Of a stretch of DNA of 64,000 bases, positions 54,124-63,474 are shown piece by piece (the first letter of the stretch is position 1; each line of letters begins with the position of its first letter). The DNA comes from a virus. The notes under the pieces are model-generated. The model ran no database searches and was not told where the DNA came from. It worked only from the letters and a program-made list of their open reading frames with translations. Location of the stretch: positions 5,198 through 69,197 of IMG/VR virus record IMGVR_UViG_3300010373_000006; one strand, 5' to 3'. The translations under genes and the position numbers were made by a program.

Positions 54124-55098
54124 ATGATGCATTCGATTCCGTCAACAATGGTTCCTCCCAGCAAGGCGCGTCCCGGAATCTGGCGGGGCGGTATCTTGCA
54201 GATCATGGTCACGCGCGCATGTGATCTCGCTTGCCACCACTGTACGCAGGGAAGCAATCTGGGCGGCAAGCCCGTTATCATGACACCCGACGAGTTCGAG
54301 CAAGCCGTAGTCAGTATGGCAGGCTACTTCGGGGTCGTCGGCGTGTTTGGCGGCAACCCCACGATTTCGCCCCACTTCAGCGAGTATTGCCGAATCCTTC
54401 GCAAGCACGTTCCGTTCGGCCAGCGAGGATTGTGGTGCAACAACCTGAGAGGAAAAGGCGCGGACGCTCGGGTGACCTTCAACCCGAGGCACTCGAACAT
54501 CAACGTACATCTGAACTCTGACGCACACGCCGAGTTTGTCCGAGACTGGCCGGAATCGGTTCCGTACCTCAAGGGGAATGACCGGGATAGTGTGCATAGT
54601 TCACCCTGGGTGGCCATGAAGGACGTCGAGTCCGACGAGTCGAAGCGATGGGCGATGATCGGCGCTTGCGACGTAAATCAGCACTGGTCAGCCCTCATCG
54701 GCCTGGTTCCGGGGCGTGGCCTGAGAGCGTTCTTTTGCGAAATCGCATACGCGCAGGCCGCGTTGCACGCGGATAACCCCGATTGGGACGGGACCGGGCG
54801 GCCCATGCCTGATACGGGGCTCGAAGTCGTACCAGGATGGTGGCGCAGGCCGATGGCGGATTACGAGCACCAGGTCCGCACGCACTGCCACAACTGCGGA
54901 ATTCCCCTGCGTCGGAAAGGGCAACTTGCGATCGGTGGAGAAAAGGAAGAGTTCAGCGAGACCCACCGGCACATTGCAAGACCGAAAATCAAGAGCCGGC
55001 CCGTCGAGTTTGTGCAACTCGGTGGTATCGTCTCACGCCCGACGAGACCGGCGACGCAATACCTTCCAAATGTCACACCGGGGTACAGGGGCCAATGA
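54124..55098 (+). CDS. Radical SAM protein
   Basis: TRACDLACHHC (CX3CX2C), GGNPT, C-terminal CHNC. Confidence 0.8.
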   Translation: MMHSIPSTMVPPSKARPGIWRGGILQIMVTRACDLACHHCTQGSNLGGKPVIMTPDEFEQAVVSMAGYFGVVGVFGGNPTISPHFSEYCRILRKHVPFGQRGLWCNNLRGKGADARVTFNPRHSNINVHLNSDAHAEFVRDWPESVPYLKGNDRDSVHSSPWVAMKDVESDESKRWAMIGACDVNQHWSALIGLVPGRGLRAFFCEIAYAQAALHADNPDWDGTGRPMPDTGLEVVPGWWRRPMADYEHQVRTHCHNCGIPLRRKGQLAIGGEKEEFSETHRHIARPKIKSRPVEFVQLGGIVSRPTRPATQYLPNVTPGYRGQ

Positions 55099-55817
55099 TG
55101 ACCGCTCGATACCCCTGCGGCTGCGTCAACGTGCGCCACGCACCCACCGGCGCCTTCCGCTGTCTCTCGAAGTGCGCTCATCATCGCGCCATGCAGATGA
55201 GCCCGGTCATGCTGGACGAAGCGTACTACACGAAACTCGGCGTCCTGAAGGATGGGAAACTGGCCGAGACGAACCACGTCGCAGAACTGAGGGAGGCGCT
55301 GGGAGAATGGCCGTCCCCAAAGAATTATCGAGCGACCGCGAGCAATCCATATCCTGTTGCCATCGAGTTGGGCTGTGGCGCAAGCCCCTATGTCGGCAGC
55401 CTGATCGGCGCTGGATTCTGGTACTTGGGAATCGACCAATCCCGATGGGCTGTTGATTGGGTCGAAACCATTGACCCGCGATCGAAAACTGTCGCGCGCG
55501 ATGTCGACGAGTTCCTGATCGCGACCGAAGCCAAATCGTCCGTTCCTCTAATACTCGCCGCCCACGTCTTCGAGCACCTTCCGGACGCGCCTTCTTCCAT
55601 CCGTAAGGCTGCGCAAGCGCTCATGCCCGGCGGCGAGTTCTGGATCGTCGTTCCCGACGACAGCGACCCAGTGAATCCCGATCACTTGTGGTTCTTCAAC
55701 GAAGCGTCATTACGCCGAACCGTCGAACTCGCGGGCCTGACGGTCCTTCGCCTCGAGACCCGCCGCTACATCGCACGCGAAAACTTCCTCTACCTTCGGG
55801 CTATCAAACCACAGTGA
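55095..55817 (+). CDS. Class I SAM-dependent methyltransferase
   Basis: IELGCG, GID, HVFEHLPD, LMPGG. Confidence 0.85.
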   Translation: MMTARYPCGCVNVRHAPTGAFRCLSKCAHHRAMQMSPVMLDEAYYTKLGVLKDGKLAETNHVAELREALGEWPSPKNYRATASNPYPVAIELGCGASPYVGSLIGAGFWYLGIDQSRWAVDWVETIDPRSKTVARDVDEFLIATEAKSSVPLILAAHVFEHLPDAPSSIRKAAQALMPGGEFWIVVPDDSDPVNPDHLWFFNEASLRRTVELAGLTVLRLETRRYIARENFLYLRAIKPQ

Positions 55818-56341
55818 TCGTCTTCGGCATCGGCATGCCCAAAACCGGGACATGCTCGCTCACCGCCGCGCTAAACCGTCTCGGCGTCCCATGTCTTCAC
55901 GACCCAAGCCCGCACCAAGCCCGGCTCATCCTGCGCGGTGAGCGCGTCGAGCCCTACCAGGCGGCATGCGGGCATACGCTGTATCGCCAGTGGTATCGGC
56001 TCTACGAGCGGTATCCTGCGGCGAAATTCGTGCTCACGAGCCGCCCAAAAGAGGAGTGGCTGACCTCGCGCGTCGCTCATGTCTACCGCGAACGCGTGGC
56101 CGGCGGCCCCTGGCAGCACATCGACACGAGACGGGACGCGAGCGACTACGACGCACACTACAGGGCGGTTCGGCGGTTCTTCGGCCGCCGGCCTGGCTTC
56201 GTCGAGTTGCCGCTAGGGAGCGGCTGGGCACCGCTGTGCGGTGTGCTTGGAATGCCCGAACCCGACGAGCCCTACCCGCACGAGAACACCGCAATCGGCG
56301 GCCTGAGACGACTGCTTTCCGCAATGGAAAACGCGCGTTGA
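55814..56341 (+). CDS. Sulfotransferase (Sulfotransfer_4-like)
   Basis: GIGMPKTGTCSLTAALNRLG (PAPS loop), YPAAKFVLTSR...W..S, GWAPLCGVLG...PYPHEN. Confidence 0.85.
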   Translation: MIVFGIGMPKTGTCSLTAALNRLGVPCLHDPSPHQARLILRGERVEPYQAACGHTLYRQWYRLYERYPAAKFVLTSRPKEEWLTSRVAHVYRERVAGGPWQHIDTRRDASDYDAHYRAVRRFFGRRPGFVELPLGSGWAPLCGVLGMPEPDEPYPHENTAIGGLRRLLSAMENAR

Positions 56342-56946
56342 TCGAACTATCAACCGAGATCTCTCATCGCGTGGATTTCGCGCTGCTTTGCAATGCGCGC
56401 GGATTCAAGGATGCGGTCGAGATCGGTACGGACCTCGGGCGGTTCGCGAAAGACTTCCTCGATAGGTTCAAAGGTAATTGGTTATTCTGCGTTGATCCTT
56501 ACGAGCCGCATCCGGACTTTTCGTATGACCGGAGCGGAGACCTGATCGTTGCCGCACAGGCGCTTGCGCCGCATCACGGCCGGTTCCGATTCGTCCGCGC
56601 GCGGTCAACCGATGCCGTTGCGTGGGTGGCACGAGTGATCAGCCCTGAGTTTATTTATATCGACGGATCACACGAGGAGCCCGACGTTACGGCCGATTTG
56701 CTGGCGTGGTGGGACATCCTGCCGACGCGCGGCATGCTCGCGGGCCATGACTTCGACGACGATCACCCCGGCGTGATCGAGGCCGTCACCGCATTCGCCG
56801 GTGCGCGAAACCTGACCGTGAGGCTGACGCACGAAAAGGACGCGCCGCCATCCTGGTATATCTACAAGAAAGAACCGGAGATTCTGTTTCACCGATTCTT
56901 CAGGTTTGATGAGTCGGCGAACGCTGCGTACACGAGGGCCACGTGA
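56338..56946 (+). CDS. Class I SAM methyltransferase (Methyltransf_24-like)
   Basis: VEIGT..G, VDPY, FIYIDGSH, GMLAGHDF. Confidence 0.8.
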   Translation: MIELSTEISHRVDFALLCNARGFKDAVEIGTDLGRFAKDFLDRFKGNWLFCVDPYEPHPDFSYDRSGDLIVAAQALAPHHGRFRFVRARSTDAVAWVARVISPEFIYIDGSHEEPDVTADLLAWWDILPTRGMLAGHDFDDDHPGVIEAVTAFAGARNLTVRLTHEKDAPPSWYIYKKEPEILFHRFFRFDESANAAYTRAT

Positions 56947-57773
56947 TGCCAGAAATTCGCGGAATCACCATCGCCGTAGGCGCGCCCTACGCGTTCACGC
57001 TCGGGATCTGCCTGCCGCGCAACATGCGGCACTTCTCGGAGTGCACTGTGGTCACGACGCCCGACGACCACGCGGTGAAGGCCGTTGCGTCGAAGGTGCC
57101 CGGCGTGCGTGTCGTTGAGACGGATGAGTTTTTCGCGCATGGCGCGAAGTTCAACAAGGGGCTCGCGATGGAGCGCGGGTTTTCCGAAATGGGTCGACAT
57201 GGATGGATCTGGATATGGGACGCCGACTGTCTGTTTCCGGACTTCGTCCCATTCGAGCGTCTCCAGTTCGGCAAGCTTCACGGCTGCCGCCGCCGCATCC
57301 TTCAAGACCCGCGACGCTGGCATACTGGGCTTCCGTGGTCCGCGTGTCCGCCGTGCCGCAACGAAGGGCCGATCGGGTTCACGCAAATCTTTCATGCCGA
57401 CGACCCGGTCGTCAAGGATCGGCAGCCCTGGTACGACGTGAGTTTCGGCCACGCAGGCGGAGGGGACGCGGCGTTTTTGCGGCACTGGACGGGCGATAAA
57501 CATGTCGCGTTGCCGATGGACGTACTGCATCTCGGTCCGCGCGACACGAATTGGTTCGGGACCGACGAAGCGTCACGTCAACTTATGTCGGAATTTGTCG
57601 TGCGTAATCGCTGGACGAAGCGACGACCAGAACTGAACGGCAAGCACCCTGACGAATCCGTGTCGATCCCGCATCGTGTTCACGTTCCCGGCTACGGGAT
57701 CAGCGATTTCGAGTTGCCATTCGTCCGTCACCGACAGCAAGCGGAACAGACGTCGATTACCACTGCACCCTGA
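56943..57773 (+). CDS. GT-A-like glycosyltransferase
   Basis: FNKG, WDAD (DxD), GFTQIFH, VLHLG. Confidence 0.65.
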   Translation: MMPEIRGITIAVGAPYAFTLGICLPRNMRHFSECTVVTTPDDHAVKAVASKVPGVRVVETDEFFAHGAKFNKGLAMERGFSEMGRHGWIWIWDADCLFPDFVPFERLQFGKLHGCRRRILQDPRRWHTGLPWSACPPCRNEGPIGFTQIFHADDPVVKDRQPWYDVSFGHAGGGDAAFLRHWTGDKHVALPMDVLHLGPRDTNWFGTDEASRQLMSEFVVRNRWTKRRPELNGKHPDESVSIPHRVHVPGYGISDFELPFVRHRQQAEQTSITTAP

Positions 57774-58014
57774 TTCGGCCCTGGCCTTTTCGCAGCGGCT
57801 CGTCTTGTGGGCCATGCACAGGAGTCCCGAGCTTGTGACTGCGCTCCCAGGTAAGACACATGCCGAAATTCATGAGCGGCCCTGCGTCGAGCAAGTAGAG
57901 CGCGCCAACCGTGAGCCAAAAGGCGAATCCACTGATCACGACGACAACGTGAAGAAACCGGCGTATCGACGACCATGTCTGCTTGTGCATGGGTTTGGGC
58001 TCCATAGAGAGCAT
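57757..58014 (-). CDS. Small membrane protein
   Basis: Central hydrophobic helix. Confidence 0.35.
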   Translation of the reverse strand: MLSMEPKPMHKQTWSSIRRFLHVVVVISGFAFWLTVGALYLLDAGPLMNFGMCLTWERSHKLGTPVHGPQDEPLRKGQGRIRVQW

Positions 58015-58092
58015 TCGGCCGGCTCGGGGTAATCTTTACGTCGCGATCTTTCGATTTCCGACTAACGCGATTTTATGGCAAGTGTAGCGCGC

Positions 58093-58121
58093 AAAAAAGC
58101 CCCTATCAAGGCGATAGGGGC
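58093..58121 (-). terminator. Intrinsic terminator for the leftward genes
   Basis: GCCCCTATC-N5-GATAGGGGC with T6 on the minus strand. Confidence 0.7.
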
Positions 58122-58371
58122 AAATTTGTGCGCGCACAAACCCGCCCCGGTCCCTCCCGAGACCGAGGCGTGATCGCGTCGATACCTCGTTCTCCTCCGT
58201 TCCGTTCAGTGCCCAACCCGCCGCGCTGCCCAGCGGAATGCGTAGCAGCCGACGACGAGCCAGGCGAAGATTTCCATTGCAAGGGTCAGGGAAAGGGCCT
58301 CCAAAAAGGGGAAGGGTCATCCGCAAGGCCCGGTCGGGGACGACCCGAGGGGCGCGGATGGGGTGGGCGGG

Positions 58372-58950
58372 TTAGGGGATGGTGGCTTTCGTGATGGCGG
58401 TGCGAAGTGTCGCGACTGCCATGTTGATATCGGCAGGAAACGTTGCGTTTTGGGTCAAAGCGGTAACAGCAGCTTGGCACGCCGCAAGCAGGTCAGGCGC
58501 GGCGACGATGAGCCTCGCTCTGCGGGTCCGCTCCTCATGCGGAACGCCGATATTCTTGGGCGGCGGACACTCTCGGCCTGTTGTCTTGGCAATTGCTGCT
58601 CTTGCGCTGTTCCAGAGCGTCACGCACTCTTCGGACATGTCCTCCGGGTCGTAGAATGCGTCCTCGCACTGGGAGACATATTCTTTGGCGATCGCAAGCA
58701 GATCGGGACTCGCCGCGATGAGCCGGGCGTTTGCTTCGCATTCCTCAGTTGAGCGTGCGAACATGTCGCCATCGGTCTGGCAGATGCTCCAGTCGTCGTG
58801 GCAGTTGTCGCCGAATTCCTCCAGGTCTTCCGGCGTTGCAATGCGTGCCTCGAGTGGGTGAAGGAAAGAGTTGATTTTGACGTTCACGCGGCATGGTGCT
58901 TTGCCGCTAACTTCCCACGGTCCCGGCGTATGCTCTGCCATCGTCATCAC
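58372..58950 (-). CDS. Phage protein of the HTPGPW...ANARLIAAAPDLL type
   Basis: HTPGPW start; ARLIAASPDLL and ARLIVAAPDLL repeated. Confidence 0.7.
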   Translation of the reverse strand: MMTMAEHTPGPWEVSGKAPCRVNVKINSFLHPLEARIATPEDLEEFGDNCHDDWSICQTDGDMFARSTEECEANARLIAASPDLLAIAKEYVSQCEDAFYDPEDMSEECVTLWNSARAAIAKTTGRECPPPKNIGVPHEERTRRARLIVAAPDLLAACQAAVTALTQNATFPADINMAVATLRTAITKATIP

Positions 58951-59019
58951 TCCCCCTCATCAAAAGGTTGCGGGCTCGTCCGTGAGCCCTGGCTTGCGTC
59001 TGTCTACGGGTGCCGTTGG

Positions 59020-59382
59020 TCAGACCAAAAACAACAGTGTGCCACACTTTGAGCAGAAACGCGGACCGTGTCCCTTGTGGCGGCCCGACTGAATCACCTG
59101 GGATTCGTTGATCGGCGCCTCACAGCAATGGGAAAGCCCCCGCTTGAGCAGATCGTATTTCCGGGACTCTTCGGCTTTCGAGGCGGCGAGTTGCTCAGCC
59201 GTAGGGTACTCGCACTTGGCGCACGTCGCGCCAGAGATGTTGTACTTGCGCAGGCATGGAAAGGACTTGCCCATGCCAGGAGGCTCGTTCGGCACAAGGA
59301 TCGTCTCGTATACCACTCCGGCGTCACAGGTCTTGTTGCTCAGCCCATTGAAGTGGTTGCATCGGCCTTCTCTTGCGATCAT
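59020..59382 (-). CDS. Cys-rich hypothetical protein
   Basis: Multiple Cys motifs, CSKCG. Confidence 0.55.
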   Translation of the reverse strand: MIAREGRCNHFNGLSNKTCDAGVVYETILVPNEPPGMGKSFPCLRKYNISGATCAKCEYPTAEQLAASKAEESRKYDLLKRGLSHCCEAPINESQVIQSGRHKGHGPRFCSKCGTLLFLV

Positions 59383-59602
59383 CGGTCCCCCGCGATTCGA
59401 GTTCTTTCCGGACGGATTCTGTGATGAATCGCGCTGAGTCTTCCTGTAGGCTCAGAGCCAGCGCTTCGCATGCTCTGTCAACCGTCACGCCATTGTGCCC
59501 GCGAACCTCCAGCCATACGGCCAGAAGTTCGTTCAAAGCACCGTGTAGATGCTCTTTGACCCGAACGCTTTCCGGGTCGTGAATTGCTTCCAGTTTCATC
59601 AT
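59324..59602 (-). CDS. Hypothetical protein
   Basis: GGGAGAGG RBS. Confidence 0.45.
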   Translation of the reverse strand: MMKLEAIHDPESVRVKEHLHGALNELLAVWLEVRGHNGVTVDRACEALALSLQEDSARFITESVRKELESRGTDDRKRRPMQPLQWAEQQDL

Positions 59603-59672
59603 CCTCTCCCATTCTCCCCGCGGCCAGCCGTGTCATGCTCACGACGGGCCGCGGGGTGTGTTGGTAGTATGG

Positions 59673-60119
59673 TCAATTCCGTGTCGGCGTCGTCTCGCCA
59701 TCGGCTTGGAGCACCCAAGACGAATCCATGTAACTCATATAGACTCGCGTCTGTCCGAGAAATCGCCCGAGATGGGAAGCCATTGCGTTGAGCGCGTCGA
59801 TCACTTCGCTGTCGGTCAAATGGGCAGCGTACAGAACCGACACTTCGCCGCTGTAAGCGATGGCCGGCTCAAAGCACCCATGAGCAACACTATCGCCATC
59901 GCGATAGGCGTAGACCACATCGCCAACCGCCGACACGACGCCAGGCAAAAACGGCTCGCCGCTCTGGGCTCTCGCCCGGAGGTAAGATGCGACCTCCAAG
60001 CAGACATCCTCACGCTTGCAAGGCTCAGCGGAACCGCCGTAGCCTTGCACCAACCCCAAGGTGATCGCGAACGACCGCTTGACGAGAGTCGGTGCCGAAA
60101 CTTGCGAATAACTCATCAT
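59673..60119 (-). CDS. Hypothetical protein
   Basis: GGGGAGAG RBS; globular composition. Confidence 0.6.
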   Translation of the reverse strand: MMSYSQVSAPTLVKRSFAITLGLVQGYGGSAEPCKREDVCLEVASYLRARAQSGEPFLPGVVSAVGDVVYAYRDGDSVAHGCFEPAIAYSGEVSVLYAAHLTDSEVIDALNAMASHLGRFLGQTRVYMSYMDSSWVLQADGETTPTRN

Positions 60120-60215
60120 TCTCTCCCCAGTGTAAGCGGGGCCTCCAAGCCCCTGGCATGGTTCAGTACGGTTGCAGTCCCTTCGGGAATCCGGTCATCA
60201 GGGCGACGGGCGTGA

Positions 60216-60464
60216 TCAGACGCTCGCCGCCCCGCTTCGTTTCTCGGGGGCCGGATCGACCGGCACGAATACCGAACAGCTATCCTTACTCGGCTCGCCG
60301 AGGCGGACGTTCCACCGGTCGGTAATCTCGCCGAGCGATGCGTAGCGATAACCGAAGGATGCCCATCCTTTCTCCGGCGTATTCATCAGCCACCAAGAGC
60401 CTTGGCTGTCGAGCCGGGCAACCGTGGCCTGAAACAGAGTGCGGCGAACGGTCGTCGTTGCCAT
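60216..60464 (-). CDS. Hypothetical protein
   Basis: AAGGGG RBS. Confidence 0.55.
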   Translation of the reverse strand: MATTTVRRTLFQATVARLDSQGSWWLMNTPEKGWASFGYRYASLGEITDRWNVRLGEPSKDSCSVFVPVDPAPEKRSGAASV

Positions 60465-60809
60465 CGTCGTCTTTCCCCTTGCGTCTCGTGTCGTGATCCC
60501 GGCTCACTCGCCTCGTAGCAGCCTCACCACCTGCTCCAGCACCCACTCGTCCTCGCACGCATCGCACAGCTCGCTGGCCGTGCGCTGGAGATCCGCGAGG
60601 TAGTCTTCGCGAACCGCTTCGGCGGTCCCGAGGTCGAGTTCGGCCTGCAACCGGGTCGCCACACCGAGGGCCTGTCGTTCGGTCCGGCAGGACTCGTGAT
60701 AGTGGCCGTCGGAGTCGACGACGTGCCAGGAGTAGCCGTCGAGGCAGGCTTCGTAGCGGACGCGGAATTCGCGGAGGGGTTGCGGGCCGTCCTTGGCCCT
60801 GGGTGAAGG

Positions 60810-60974
60810 TCAGGCATTTTTCCCGATCAGCATCCGAGCAATTGCGTTGACGTGCTCTCTCGCCCACTCCTCGTTGCTCGGTAGTAGTTTGACGCCATTG
60901 ACCTCTTCGCCTCGCAGGGCAGCCTGAAGGGATTCCATTTCTTTCGTCAGTTGCTTGCGGGTCGTCACGGTCAT
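60810..60974 (-). CDS. Small hypothetical protein (54 aa; not in ORF track)
   Basis: GGAG RBS; MTVTTRKQLTKEMESLQAAL...; first gene after the leftward promoter. Confidence 0.5.
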   Translation of the reverse strand: MTVTTRKQLTKEMESLQAALRGEEVNGVKLLPSNEEWAREHVNAIARMLIGKNA

Positions 60975-61020
60975 CGTCTCGGCTCCGGTCGGGGTGGTTT
61001 GCGTCTGCCTTACACTATGG

Positions 61021-61049
61021 ATTATAGCACTCGTCTATGTACGGGTCAA
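61021..61049 (-). promoter_or_regulatory. Leftward sigma70 promoter
   Basis: Minus strand TTGACC (61044-61049), 17 bp, TATAAT (61021-61026). Confidence 0.75.
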
Positions 61050-61119
61050 GAGCACAAGATCGAAAATCTTTGCTATCTGAAAAGTTTTCGCTCGGGCACT
61101 CTCCTTATTGACCAGTCTC

Positions 61120-61148
61120 TTGACGTCGTGGACGGCGTTGTCTACACT
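61120..61148 (+). promoter_or_regulatory. Rightward promoter of the HTH-cas12 operon
   Basis: TTGACG (61120-61125), 17 bp, TACACT (61143-61148). Confidence 0.7.
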
Positions 61149-61204
61149 ATAGGAAGTCGATAACCTGGCAAGAGAGATTCCCTCCCGTTGCCAGGAGTCA
61201 GACG

Positions 61205-61462
61205 ATGCCGGAATCGAGGAAACGCCGCGTGCCGATGGGTGAAACGCTCGAAAAGAATCTGGTTCGCCTCGGATGGGCGAGCACGAAAGTTCGTGTGTCC
61301 GAAATCGCGAAGGCGGTGGAAGACCGAACAGGGAAGTCAGTTACCAAACAGCGGATTTCCGGCCTTTTGAACGCGATCTTTATCGAGTCCAAAACCATCA
61401 AGTGGTTGGCCGAAGGGCTCGGGGTGAAGCCAGAGGAATTGACCAAAGAGGAACCAAAGTAA
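61205..61462 (+). CDS. XRE/Cro-like HTH regulator coupled to the Cas12 gene
   Basis: VSEIAKAV...VTKQRISGLLN...TIKWLAEGLGVKPEEL; AGGAG RBS; TAATG overlap with the next ATG. Confidence 0.75.
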   Translation: MPESRKRRVPMGETLEKNLVRLGWASTKVRVSEIAKAVEDRTGKSVTKQRISGLLNAIFIESKTIKWLAEGLGVKPEELTKEEPK

Positions 61463-63474
61463 TGGCCTTCGGCAACGTCGCGAAACCTAGCCGGATCTAC
61501 ACGCACAAGAGCCGCCCCCCGCACGAGGGTGCGCAGCTCGCGAGCGACCAACTCTACCGTGCACACCAGTACGCCAACGCGCTGATCGAGACCGAGCGCC
61601 AACGCTGGAACGCGACCCAGGATCTCATGCGGTCGATGTTCCCGCGCATCGCGGAACTCGAAGCCCGGATCGACGCAATCAACGCGGCGATCGAGGCCAA
61701 AAACGCAGCCGTCAAGCACCAGAATCAGGCCGCTCGATCACGCACTGCGACAGCTGAGGACCGCGCTGAGGTCAAGCAACTCCAGAGCGAACGGCGCGAT
61801 GCAGCCAAGGAGCTCACCGCCGAACGCCACCGCCAAACCGGAGTCCCCAAGCCTCGCAAGGAAGCCTGGGAGCGAATTCACGCGGTCATCAACGCCACGA
61901 CGCGCGACGAGAAGGAACGCAAGGCACTGCGCAAGGCTGCGCAGGCGGCCATCGACGCGGGCGAATCGCCGGCCCCGCTGACCGCCGAAGAGGACCGCGA
62001 GGCGTTCGGTGATCCTGAATACCGCCGACGACGCGCGGCGATTGACGAGACCGCCAACGCGGATCGGCGGGCCAAGCGCGCGGTGTGCGAGGTTTACTGG
62101 GGAACGTACCTTTGCGTCGAGGGGGCGGTCGACAAGTCGGTGGAGGATTGCGCCAAAGGGCAACCGGTACGCAATGGCAAGCCTCCGGTTCCACCGGGAC
62201 CGCCCCGATTCCGGCGCTGGTCGCCCGAGGGGAAACTCGGCGTGCAACTTCAGGGCGGTCTGTCCTGGCTCGATGCGCTGGCGGGAACCGATTCACGGCT
62301 CCGGATCGAACTCCAACCACTTGCGGCGCGGCCGACCGTGAGCAAGTCGGGCAAGCCCTTGCCTCTGGCTGATCCGAATTCGCGGCGGTCGCGCGAGAAT
62401 AGCCAGGTCGTCGTCTGGGCGCGGATCGGCACTGAGGAGGATGGGCGTTCGCCAATCTGGATGAAGACCGTGGCGCACCTTCATCGCCACCCACCGGCTG
62501 ACGCCGTGATCAAATGGGTCTACCTCCAGCGCAACCTCAAGGGTGTGCAAACGTGGTGGGAGGCTCAGTTTGTCTTCGAGCGCGAAGAGGGCTGGGCCAA
62601 GGATCGCGAGACCCTGCGCGGGGAGGCCGCGATTGACCTGGGGTGGCGCAAGGTCGCTGACGGCTTGCGCGTCGCTGTGCTGATTGACGACGACGGCGAG
62701 CGGATGGAATGCGTACTGCCGGATTCCTGGCTTGAATCGTGGGCCAAGGCGCAATCAATCCAGGGGTTCCGCGACACGGAGTTCGACGCGATTCGCCCGG
62801 CGCTGGTGCACTGGCTCAAGGCGCGGCGGGAGGCCGGTACGCTCCCGGAATGGCTCGGGGAGGCAACCGGGAGCCTACATCAGTGGAAGTCCTGCGAACG
62901 GCTCGGGAAGGTCGTCTGGCAATGGAAGGACCAGCGATTTGACGGCGACGAGGCGATGTTCGAGCGTCTGGTCGAGTGGCGGAATCGCGACCGGCACCTG
63001 CACAATTACGCGCGTGGGATGGAAGAAACCGCCGTACGGCGTCGCGACGAGCATTACCACCGCTGGGCGGCCCTGGTGCGGCGGCGGTATGCGTTGGTGA
63101 AGGTGGAGGATACCAACTGGCGTGAGATGCAGCACCGACCCGAGGCGACGGACGACGGCAAGAATGCGACGATCGGCGCGTTCCGCTGTGCGGCGGTCGG
63201 ACGGTTGCTCGAAACGATACAAGAGCACGTATGGAACGTGGTCGCCGTTGAACCGGCCTGGACGACGAAGACCTGCCACGCTTGCGGGCATGTTGATGAT
63301 TTCGACTCCGCGAAGGAACTCGTCCACACATGCTCGGCGTGCGGGGAAATCTGGGATCAAGACGACAACGCGGCGCGCGGCCTGCTGAAAGGCCGCGTGC
63401 TCAAGTGGCTGACGCGGGAGGGACGGAAACTACCCAAGGCGGAGCGTGTACGGGATGTTGAGGCGGCGGTGTAA
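61462..63474 (+). CDS. cas12m: Type V CRISPR effector, Cas12m (V-U1)-like, ~670 aa, RuvC D-E-D intact
   Basis: N-terminal coiled coil; YWGTY, RFRRW..EGKLGVQLQ, HRHPPADA, IDLGWR (RuvC-I), VEDT (RuvC-II), CHACG/CSACG Zn ribbon, DQDDNAA (RuvC-III); adjacent CRISPR array. Confidence 0.8.
   Translation: MAFGNVAKPSRIYTHKSRPPHEGAQLASDQLYRAHQYANALIETERQRWNATQDLMRSMFPRIAELEARIDAINAAIEAKNAAVKHQNQAARSRTATAEDRAEVKQLQSERRDAAKELTAERHRQTGVPKPRKEAWERIHAVINATTRDEKERKALRKAAQAAIDAGESPAPLTAEEDREAFGDPEYRRRRAAIDETANADRRAKRAVCEVYWGTYLCVEGAVDKSVEDCAKGQPVRNGKPPVPPGPPRFRRWSPEGKLGVQLQGGLSWLDALAGTDSRLRIELQPLAARPTVSKSGKPLPLADPNSRRSRENSQVVVWARIGTEEDGRSPIWMKTVAHLHRHPPADAVIKWVYLQRNLKGVQTWWEAQFVFEREEGWAKDRETLRGEAAIDLGWRKVADGLRVAVLIDDDGERMECVLPDSWLESWAKAQSIQGFRDTEFDAIRPALVHWLKARREAGTLPEWLGEATGSLHQWKSCERLGKVVWQWKDQRFDGDEAMFERLVEWRNRDRHLHNYARGMEETAVRRRDEHYHRWAALVRRRYALVKVEDTNWREMQHRPEATDDGKNATIGAFRCAAVGRLLETIQEHVWNVVAVEPAWTTKTCHACGHVDDFDSAKELVHTCSACGEIWDQDDNAARGLLKGRVLKWLTREGRKLPKAERVRDVEAAV

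Noticed and set aside
60991-61009. Self-targeting of the leftward early leader by spacer 1
   Set aside because: Only patchy, gapped similarity (GGTGG..TTGCGT..TGCC), not distinguishable from chance by eye.
61273-61461. 733-aa start for the Cas12 ORF
   Set aside because: The first 63 codons overlap the HTH gene in another frame; ATG 61462 has TAATG coupling and a purine-rich RBS.
61462-63474. IS200/IS605 TnpB transposon
   Set aside because: Much longer than typical TnpB, no tnpA or IS ends seen, and a leader plus CRISPR array follows.
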